Assembly: GCA_000004985.1 (NCBI GenBank) | Contig: GG738899.1 | Length of the DNA stretch: 64,000 nucleotides | Strand: one strand, 5' to 3' | Source of the DNA: Naegleria gruberi | Lineage: Eukaryota | Position numbers and translations under genes: made by a program | Shown here: positions 1 to 9,732 of the stretch, piece by piece | Position numbering within the stretch: the first letter of the stretch is position 1 | Layout of the letters: each line of letters starts with the position of its first letter | Notes under the pieces: model-generated | Database searches by the model: none | Told to the model about the DNA's origin: nothing | Seen by the model: the letters and a program-made list of their open reading frames with translations, nothing else

Positions 1-3000
1 GACTGTTATTTCAGGAAAAGTATTTGGTTCATCATCTGGCACTGATGGACCTGCGTTGGATACCGTAATTTCGCCGAAAGGTCTTTCGTTTCTTCCAGAC
101 GATTCGATTCTGACATTGGATCATGAATATTTCAAGATTATTAATCAGACAGATGGAATGTTGAGAACACTATTTAAATTAGAAAGTTTCAAGCCAAGTA
201 CAAGTTCTTTCGTTTTTGGGAATTATTTGATTGGAAATGAAAACAAAATTCTAAAGATTGATTGGTTGGCTGGAAGAGTTTCATTAATTTTGAAAGGAGG
301 AATAGGTGCTTTTGGAGATGGAGTTAATTTAAAGAATAGATATTTCAAATCAATTTCTGCAATTGCATTTAATGAGTCGAGTGGTGAATTATTTGTTGCC
401 GATTCATCATCTGAAAATACTTTGGAAAAAATTAACATTTCAAATGGAACGTTGCAAAGCATTTCTCTAACATTTTCGAATGTTTCATGTTGGAATTCAT
501 CAATAGAGACGAGGAGTGTTATTTCATATAATCCAGTTTCATTGCAAATCAAGGATTCGAATTTGTTTTTGGCAAATACTGGAAGCCAAAGTTCAATTCA
601 AAAATTTGATCTAGCTCAGAAAGGTGGATCGAGTTGTTTTTATGCAGGTTCAATCAGTAGTGATAGATTATTATCTAGATCTGGACCTCTTTCAGTGATA
701 ATGAATAATCCAAATGGAATTCATTGTTCACAAGTTTATGATGAAATTTATATTGCAGGTTTGTTTCGCATATTTTGGAAAATCAAATAACTTTCAATAA
801 TAGATACTGATAATCATCGAATTTTGAAAAGTAGAAGAGGAACAGTGGAAGTTATTGCTGGAAATGGTATTCAAGGTTATTCAGGTAAGTTGCCATTTCT
901 AATAATTTTATAAATTATAATAAATTTTAAGGTGATGGAGGTTTGGCTATTAATGCTCAGTTAGATAGACCTCATTCAGTTTATTATGAAGGTAGCACAA
1001 GAACTCTGTACATAGCAGACTCTGGTAATCATCGAGTGAGATCTGTACAAATGGATACTGGAATAATTTCAACAATTCTTGGAACTGGAAATTCTGGTTT
1101 CAATGGAGATGATATGAATCCGTTAGAAATTCAACTAAATTTCCCAAAATACGTTGTCCACTCACCAGGATGGGGTCTATTCATTTCAGATAGCAATAAC
1201 CACAGAGTGAGATGGTTAAACAATTCGGTTGTGACTACCATTTTAGGAAGTGGAAATTCTGGTTCAAAAATTGTGACTAACAATCCGACTCTGACTGAGC
1301 TTACTTCACCATTTGGATTATTTTTTGAAGCCTTGGCAAGTACTCTCTACGTTGCAGGTATGTTTCATATGAATTAATTTCAGTGTTTGACAAATTCGTC
1401 TAGATTCGTTCAATCACAGAATTTTATCTGTCTCCCTATTCGATGCAAGATCTGTTTCCATAATAGCAGGAACTAATTCACCTGGTTACAATGGAGATGG
1501 TATGAATCCAACACAAGCCAAGTTATTTCTTCCTAGTTCTGTTTTCATGTTATCTAAATATGAAATTTACATTGCTGATTCGTATAATAATAGAATTAGA
1601 AAGATTAGTAATGGAATTATTTCAACATATGCAATGGCTTCTCAAAAGACAGATCTCAATATACCAATTGGAATGTGTGGATATGGAAATGACCTCTTTA
1701 TTTCAACCGAGAATGAAATAATAGAATTAGTTGGAAGTTATATTTATAAGAAAGTGGGAGGATTAGGAGATGGATTGAACGTCTTCTATGCTCACGTCAA
1801 TCCAACAAAGATTCTCTTCTATCCAGACAATAGAATGTTAATTTCAGAATCAAGTACGAATAGAATTCGATTGGTGAATGAAAATGGAACGATTTCAACA
1901 ATTGCTGGAACTGGTAAATTTGGATATGGAGGAGATACAAGTGAGGCCAATGTTGCCATACTTGCTTCACCGACTGGTCTGTCATTTAGCCCTAATCATT
2001 CCACAGTTTACTTTGCCGATTCCTCCAATAATCGTATCAGAAAATTGGTTTCGGATTTGGTTTTCCTTGTTGCTGGCACAGGGGATGCTGGAAAATCCTC
2101 ATCAACCGATCCTTTTCAATCCAAATTCAATAATCCTAGACTAATTGCCACTCTCACCAATGGAGACGTTGTAATTGGAGATACTCTGTCCAATGAAATT
2201 CGAATTATTTCCAATAAGGAAGGAACAATTCGAACAATTGCTGATATCACAGCAGCCACCGACATGATTTCCACACAAAACAATACTCTCTACATCTCCA
2301 CCAATGAACAGATCATCAAGGCAACTCCACGCTGTGAAACAGGATTCCAATTAGTGAAACAAAACACTGAATGTGTTCCAATTTGTTATGGAATGTTTGA
2401 GAGTGGAATGGTTTGTTCAAGTCGTGGTGAATGCACTTCTCCAGATAATTGCAAATGTTGGAATGGATTATACACGGGAAAGGAATGTGAAATTCCAATT
2501 TGTTTTGGGATCTCTGCAAATGATCCTAATGTATGCTCGTATGGAAATGGAACTTGCATGATCAATAACAAGTGTCAATGTTTGGATGGATTTTATGGAG
2601 AAACTTGTCAATTTCCAATTTGTTTTTCTAAAATAATTGGAGAATCATGTGGTGGACCAAGCAGAGGAGCTTGCACCAATAAGGATGTTTGTAAATGTGG
2701 TCAATTTTACACTGGCGAACAATGCCAATACCGAATGTGTCAAGGAAAGAGTGAAATAGACAAATCTGTATGTAGTGGACATGGAAAATGCCAAGCTAAT
2801 GGAAGATGTGAATGTGACACTCTTTATATTGGAGATGATTGTTCCAATATGTCACAAATTTATGGATTGAGCATTGCTTCTGCACTCATTATTGTTATCC
2901 TCACTACAATGTTGGTAGTTTCTCTCATTTTGGGAGTAATCGTCTATAGGAAGAATAGGCGAGAGAAGAAAATAATCGAAACTGAACTCTCACTTGATGA

Positions 3001-4099
3001 AAGATTATTATCCTCAACTGATATATATGAAATGTCTCTATCTCACGGTTCATTAGCATCGCATGCTACTGTATCAACTGAAGATGCTTCTTCCTTCGTG
3101 ATTCCACTTCACAAGATTGGAATGGATAAACCAATTAAGGTTAGTTTCAAATTAATTATTCTATTAACAATTGAATCTTGATAAATTAATTTAACACAGA
3201 GACTTGGAGAAGGTGGAATGGGAAGTGTTTTTATGACCAAATTTAATGGAATGACAGTTGCTGTCAAGGTCTTTGATTTGAATAACTTGAATATTTCAGA
3301 GGAGGATTTCAAGAATGAAGCAATAGTATTAAGCAAACTTCGTCATCCAAATATTATTAACTTTTATGGAATTTCTACATCACCAACTAAACGATACATT
3401 ATCATGGAATGTTTGGATCAGAGCTTGGAGAAGGTAATTGCCAAATTGGAAATGAAACAATTATCTTTCACACTCGAACAAAAATTGAGAATGTTGCTGA
3501 ATATTGCTAATGGAATTGAATATTTGCATTTTTTGAAACCGAGGAGGATTATTCATCGCGATTTGAAAACAGCTAATATTCTACTAGACTCGAATGGAAA
3601 CTGCAAGGTTTGTGACTTTGGGTTGAGTAAATCCATTTCACAAGCAACTGTTTCCGCACTTACTAATCAATTGGGTACACATTTTTATATGGCTCCAGAA
3701 TTATTCGATATCAAACCGATTGATCCGACCTATGCCACATCAGTTGATATCTACAGTTTTTCTATTATCATGTGGCAATTACTATTCGAAATTAAGGATC
3801 CCTATCTCAGTAAATCTCCAGAAATATTGAGAAAGCTTGGAACTACCTCAATTCTTGAACAAGTAACTTCCTACCAATTGACCAAAATGATTTGTGAGAA
3901 CAACCACAGACCAAGCATTCCTTTCAATTCCATTGAATCATGCCATGAATGGTGTTTCGAATACATGCCTTCCTCCCAAGACGAATCTCCTCAAATCTTT
4001 GCACTTTCCCAATTAATCCAAGAATGTTGGCAAACTGATCCAAAACTCCGACCAAACATTGAACAAGTTATCCAACACCTTCAATCCCTACTCACCTAA
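1..4099 (+). CDS. Receptor-type protein kinase (multiple NHL repeats, tenascin-type EGF-like modules, single transmembrane segment, TKL-like kinase domain). 5' partial, starts upstream of the window. Exons ~1-758, 804-884, 932-1357, 1470-3139, 3200-4099.
   Basis: Track ORFs 56-790, 943-1377, 1502-3181 and 3218-4099 are all on + and are joined by short introns with GTTTGT/GTAAGT/GTATGT/GTTAGT donors and AG acceptors that preserve NHL and kinase motifs across junctions (e.g. ...DKPIK|RLGEGGMGSV, a Gly-loop). Repeated NHL-like motifs (AGxGxxGxxGDG, NNHRVR, YIADSxNNRIRK). EGF modules CxCxxGxxGxxCxxPICFG. Hydrophobic transmembrane segment LSIASALIIVILTTMLVVSLILGVIVY followed by KNRREKK. Kinase motifs VAVK, HRDLKTANILLD, DFGLSK, CWQTDPKLRP. 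Position 2 onward is in frame with NHL-like sequence, so the gene is 5' truncated by the window edge. Confidence 0.8.
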
Positions 4100-4387
4100 G
4101 GAGAAGGTAAAAACCCATATCACATCATCCTACTATCTTCTTTCTCTAATTTTTTGTAAACTCTCTTCCAATTCCTCAATAAATCCACACGAAAAAATTT
4201 GGCAATGAAAATTTTCAAGTCCATTTTTGAGCAGCTGATGATAAAAATTCTTTTTGAAAAAAATTCAAATATTCGTTTCGCTAGGAAGGTGCTGTTTAGA
4301 GTTTCATCATCCCGCGTTTTTTATTTACCGTTACGAACATTATAAAACCATCATACCAATATATATATAAATTTATTAAATACAAAG

Positions 4388-6146
4388 ATGATGATGATGA
4401 ATCAAAAGAGAATATCTGCCGTTAGATCATTGATGAAGAATGTTAATGGCAAGAATTCCATCATCATGATGAATAAGTGTTCCAATATGATGTTGATGAA
4501 GAATAATTATCACTCGAGTTTGTATCAATCGATGAAGGTTGTTCATCCGGTTGAGATTGCTGCTACACCAGAGAATAAGGATACTTCACTTCCAACTGCT
4601 GAGGAAATTCAATTTGTTGCTCCTATTGAAGATGGTGGTTTGTCGTCGACTGCTCATGTTTCCTTCTATGATATTGAAGAAGCCTTTGCAAGAATTAGTA
4701 AGTTTTGTATATATTGTTCATCAATTCTCATCATATCATGTAATTTATACATTGTTTATACTTCTTTCCATCATCATGTTGCTAATTTAAATCTTCTTCA
4801 TCATCTTTCATTTATAGAACCACTTTTACCTCCAACCCCACTGCAAGAATCAGCTGTTTTAACACAAGAAATATTCGGACAACAAAAGAACGTTTTGCAT
4901 CCTAGAAAGGTCTTTTTGAAATATGAAAATAAGCACATGACTGGAAGTTTTAAGGAAAGAGGAGCTATTAACAAGTTAGCTGCTTTGGATACAGAACAAA
5001 GAAAGAGAGGTGTTGTTGCCTCATCTGCTGGTAACCAGTAAGTATATTATCTAAATTCATTTTAGTTAAATTTCAATAGTGCTCAAGGTATGTTGAAAAT
5101 GCATTTTGTGGAGTTTTTAACTGTTTTTTAACTGTTTGATCAATATTTGGAATACAGCTGTTGCTTATCATGCTATGAGACTTGGAATTAAGGCTACTAT
5201 TTGTATGCCTGTGAATAGTCCACTTTCTAAAGTGGCCGGAACAAAGAGATATGGAGCTGAAGTAGTATTATTCGGAGAAAGTGTCGATGATGCCTATCAA
5301 GAAGCTTTGAGAATTAAGGAGGCAGAAAATAGAGTTCTCGTCCATCCATTCAACGATGACGCCATTATTGCTGGCCAAGGAACATTAGGTTTGGAACTTT
5401 TGGAACAATCACCATATATTGACACAATCGTGTGTCCAATTGGTGGAGGTGGTCTTATCAGTGGTGTTGCCATTGCTTGTAAGACTGTTAATCCAAAGAT
5501 TAAGGTTTATGGTGTTCAAACTGAAAATGTTCCTTCCATGGTTACTGCCAAAAAGAATAGAAAATCCACAACTGTTCCTTTCCATGCTACCATTGCTGAT
5601 GGTATTGCTGTTAGAAGAATTGGTGATTTGACATTCCCAATTATTGATCAATTTGTCGATGATATTGTTACTGTCACGGAAAGTGAAATTGCTCACGCTG
5701 TTCTCGTCCTTTTGGAAAGAGAAAAGACTCTCGTAGAAGGAGCTGGTGCTACTCCAGTTGCTGCCCTTTTGAGTGGAAAGTTAGAGGAAGTGACAAAGAC
5801 AAGCAGTGGTTCTCATCGTGTCTGTTGTATACTTTCTGGAGGTAATATGGATGTTGGTACTGTTAGAGATATTATCGATAGAGGTTTGGCACAAAGTGGT
5901 CGTTTAGTTCGTTTGAGAACTGTCGTTCCTGACGTTCCAGGTCAATTAGCTAAGGTTTTGACACTTTTGGGAGAACTTAAAGTCAACATTAGAGAAGTTG
6001 ACCACGAAAGAAATTACAATGTTCCTGTTGGTTATACTGGTACTGTTATTACATGCCAAACAAGAGGTTTTGAACACATTGAAAATGTCAAGAATAGTCT
6101 CATTCAACACGGTTTCAGTTTTGAAATGATTCAGTGTCATGATTAA
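4388..6146 (+). CDS. PLP-dependent threonine/serine dehydratase (threonine deaminase-like, with C-terminal ACT-like regulatory domain). Exons ~4388-4697, ~4818-5037, putative 8-nt micro-exon ~5080-5087, ~5158-6146.
   Basis: PLP-lysine motif KHMTGSFKERGAINKL (S-F-K-x-R-G). GGGGLISG glycine-rich loop. Across the proposed micro-exon the conserved SAGNHAQ(G/A)VA motif is restored (SSAGN|HAQ|AVAYHAMRLGIKATICMP). The C-terminal ~80 aa (LVRLRTVVPDVPGQL...VNIREVDHER) resembles the ACT-like regulatory domain of biosynthetic threonine deaminases. The N-terminus MMMMNQKRISAVRSLMK is presequence-like. Intron 1 has donor GTAAGT and acceptor TTTATAG. Confidence 0.75.
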
Positions 6147-6179
6147 ATTCTTTTCAACATTACTATCATTTAAAAGATA

Positions 6180-6258
6180 TTGGAAATATCGGACTTGAAC
6201 CGATGACCTACTATTGTAATTGCCAATAGCTTGCTCTCCCAAACTAAGCTAATTTCCA
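6180..6258 (-). tRNA. tRNA-like gene (79 nt, no encoded CCA) with canonical A-box/D-arm and B-box/T-arm but an atypical anticodon arm. Isotype uncertain (possibly Ile, anticodon AAU, if a 7-bp anticodon stem is accepted). Could be a tRNA pseudogene.
   Basis: Minus-strand sequence TGGAAAT-TA-GCTT-AGTTTGGGA-GAGC-AA-GCTATTG-GCAATTA-CAATAGT-AGGTC-ATCGG-TTCAAGT-CCGAT-ATTTCCA-A. 7-bp acceptor stem, perfect 5-bp T-stem with GGTTCAAGTCC B-box, D-arm TAGCTTAGTTTGGGAGAGC (A-box-like), 5-nt variable loop AGGTC. The anticodon stem is 7 bp (outer G-U) with loop GCAATTA (C33 instead of the usual U33) and two nt between the D and anticodon stems. It lies in the 3' intergenic space between convergent genes. 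Confidence 0.5.
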
Positions 6259-6358
6259 AATATCACTTCTTAATCCCTCAATGGTCTGGAGTAATTAATA
6301 TTTTAAAATAAGGTAATTTATGGTATGGAGCAATTCATATTTTCATTGGACATCAGTT

Positions 6359-9300
6359 TTATTTTTCTGTATTGTGATAAATACCATTCCAATCTCTTGG
6401 TGGATGAACAGCGTACTCTCTACATCTTTCTCTCAATGTTCTCGAAGGGCCATCTTCTGGTCGAATCTTTAGACATTCCTCAAAGAATAGTAAAGCTTGA
6501 GCAAAATCTCCAGATGCATACATTTCCAACGCTCTTTCGTATATTTGTCTGAGTCTCATTATTTCATCGTTTGGAGTTGGGAGAGGTCTACTACTCTTTG
6601 TATCTTTTGAGGGTTCTTTAATTGAATTGTTGGTTCTTCTTCCAAGCAACTCATATATAACACAACCAACACTCTTACCCTTCACACTGATTTGGTCAAT
6701 CTTTCTCACCTCCAATTGTTCGGCAACATAAGGTTGGAGGAATGTATCTTCAGACAACAGAATGCTGGTTCCATAAAACTTGTTTGTTCCTTCCAAACGA
6801 GAAGCCAAATTTACAGAATCACCAATAATGGTAAAGTTTAGTCTCCAAATACTTCCAATATTACCAACAACACAGGACCCACTATGTAACCCAATACGAC
6901 ACCTAAACAGTGGCTTTGCTTCCCTTTGCCATTTTCTTCTAAGGTCAGACATTCTTTGTTGACATCTCAAGGCAGCTCTACATCCTCTTAAACCAGAAAT
7001 TGCTGATGTGTCAGGAGCTCCCCAGAAGGCCATTACTATTTCAAAATTTTTGTTACATCCTGAAATCGTTAAACTTACCTGAATCACCAATATACTTATC
7101 CAAAGTTCCATTCTCGTAAATAATTTCTTCTGTCAACACATGAAAATATTCAGAAACATGTTGAATCAACATTTCAGGATCCAATTCTTCACTAATTGTT
7201 GTAAAATTTTCAATATCTGAGAAAAATATTGTCAAGTTACCAACAAGCCTACCACCCAAAGTAATTTCATTACCATTCTTCAACATGTCTCTCAGTAGTT
7301 CATTTGGAACAAACTTTTTAAATGATCGAACAGTTGTTTTCATCTTATCAAAGGCAATAGAAAGTTCATGAATTTCAGTTGTGGTGTTGTAAACTTTTGA
7401 AGTTTTTGGAGCTTCTAAATTTGAGAGAGCCTTACTTTCTCTTGAGAAGAATCTCAATGGTTTGGACACAGCTTGAGAGAATATGCAACTAAAAAGTACA
7501 CCAAAAGCAAGGCACACAAATGCGATACCAATTGTTAGTCCCAACATGAGCATAACATTACTGACAAAGTCACCATCTGGAGCAACTACGACAACAATCC
7601 AATGCATGTTCAAATCGACTGTTCTTTTTACTACTCCATGGGCAACAACATAGTCTTCACCACTAAAGGAAAAGGAATTCAAATGTGGATTATACTCAGC
7701 TGTGGACTTATTCTTATAGCCAGAGTAATCACTTGGTAAGATGTTGAGTAATACGTGTTTCAGTAAAGGATCTGAAACTTCGTGTGCTTCAGCAATTCTG
7801 ATATCGAAAGTGGAACTTTCATCAAAAACTGCTATTGCTGATGAATTCTTGAACCCAAGAACACGCTTATGGAGAACGGGTGCACCGCTATTGCTCTCTC
7901 TAGTGAAAAATTCAACAATAGCTACAAAAGAATTTGGAGAAACATAGAACGATCTAACAAAATCTGACAAGTATTTGATGTTAACATTGATACTGGTCAT
8001 TCCTAGAAAAGTTGAATCATATGGAGAATAAACGTTAGATTGGTAGCAGGTATAGATTCTTTCCTCAATTGACGATCCCTGCCATTGAACATCCATTGGA
8101 ACGAGGGCCTCTTTGTGTTTGAGAGCTAATTTGTAGAACTCTCCTTGAGTTGGGTCCCATTTATCCATTAATTCTGAATCAGTGACAGTTCTCAATTTTC
8201 CATATTTCGAAAAGTAGTAAAACGACTGAAATGTTTCATCATTTGCCTGCTTCATCAGAAAAACTCTTTGCATATTGTCGAATTGCCCCTCATCTTCGTT
8301 TGAAACTGGAAGTACTAGTTCATAACTTTCATCAACATACAAATAATCTGTATTTGGGCAAGTAAAATCCACCAAGAATATCTTTCCTATATATTGATGA
8401 TGGCTTACAGCTAGTAACCTTAAAATATTTACATAATTTTCATAAGAGTAAAAGTTACTAGTTGAAGAATTAGTATTAAGGCCACCCTCATTCATAAAAT
8501 AACTCCTATAGATGGCATGTCTCTGTTGTCTTGTTGCCTCCATACATATCCACAAAAAGTCGGAAACATAAGACTCTGCTCTGAAATATGACTGTGCCAT
8601 TACTTGATTTTTAACATCATTGGAAGCAAGAATTGAAAATCCAATAGAAATTCCTATTAATGAAAGAACTGGTATCACTAACATTACTAGCATCATGGTG
8701 ATCAATAAACATCTGAATGAGCAAATATAAAAATGTGGCCTCAATTCAACAGAAGTTGGTCTCTTCTCCTCTCCGGTAATACTTTGTGGCGTAACTATAG
8801 AATCGTTATCAAAAAGCTTTTTTGTACTAGTTTTAAAGCTTGATGCCAACGACTCTTGCTCTGCCAAATTGTGGAAGGAAATTTCTCGAGAAGGAGCAAC
8901 ATAATAAAGTGAGTTGGAACGAGCAAGTTTTTCTTGAGGTTGAATTTGGAGCATACTATTTCTCCTAGAATTTGGATTGGATGATAACTTAGAATTTGGG
9001 GATTTGGTGGAGGACATTGTGTTTGTACTTTTAACATTTGGAATAAAAACACTGGAAGAAGGTGGAGCTTGTACTTGTTGAACTGGAGTTGAATTTGGTA
9101 TACTAGTGATGGACTCTAAACTTTGTTCATTGTTGGCCGTCTTGGTCATCACATAAGTATTTAAATTATGAACTGTGGTTGGGACAGACTCTTGGTCCGA
9201 CAAATCACGAAAGAAGAATTCCTTCACTGGTGGAGCATAATAGATGGGATTATTGGCGTAAACTGGTGTTCTATCAGGAAGAGAGGGTGGGATTTGCATA

Positions 9301-9422
9301 ATACTATTCCTTCTCGAACTTGGGTTCGATACAGGATATTTAGAAATAAGATTGGGTAGTGATTCATTACTACAAGATTCAATGAGTGGTGTTACTTTGT
9401 TGCTGTGCATTGGATTCGTCAT
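6359..9422 (-). CDS. Receptor-type class III nucleotidyl (adenylyl/guanylyl) cyclase: short S-rich cytoplasmic N-terminus, transmembrane segment 1, ~330-aa extracytoplasmic Cache-like sensor domain, transmembrane segment 2, cyclase catalytic domain, C-terminal TPR-like tail. One intron (~7036-7079) inside the catalytic domain.
   Basis: Track ORFs 7053-9422(-) and 6359-7111(-) join through a 44-nt intron (GTAAGT...GAAATAG) giving ...LDKYIGDS|VMAFWGAPD, matching the class III cyclase consensus K-x-IGD-x-YMAVSG. Downstream motifs RIGLHSGSCVVGNIGS...RLNFTIIGDSVNLASRLEG...YGTSILLSEDTF. Two hydrophobic segments (LLITMMLVMLVIPVLSLIGISIGFSILA and VMLMLGLTIGIAFVCLAFGVLFSCIF) flank a domain with Cache-like features. 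Confidence 0.8.
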
Positions 9423-9732
9423 TTAAGGTTGCGCTTAATGTTGTTGAAGTATGTTGGTAGTAATTAATAGCCAATGATGAAGATGATGATGAACAGCGTT
9501 ATCAATAATTATTAAGGAAAAAAAATGAAGAGAATGGCCTTATCCAACTGCGCTTATTTTTTTTAAAGTACGTTAAATAACCAACAAACGCGTTAATGCA
9601 TCAGATATAGCTCGAGCCTTTTCAGGCGATTAAGTCCCGAAATTGAATCTATAAGTTGGCTTTAAAGTGAGTTTGTTTTTTAAACCTCAATACCTTAATA
9701 CAAACTCTAATTATGATTTTCATCAATATCAA

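Noticed and set aside
4539-4790. ORF 4539-4790 (+) overlapping the first exon of the dehydratase gene.
   Set aside because: It is an alternate frame of exon 1 running into the intron (L/R-rich, low complexity). The main frame carries the conserved PLP-enzyme motifs.
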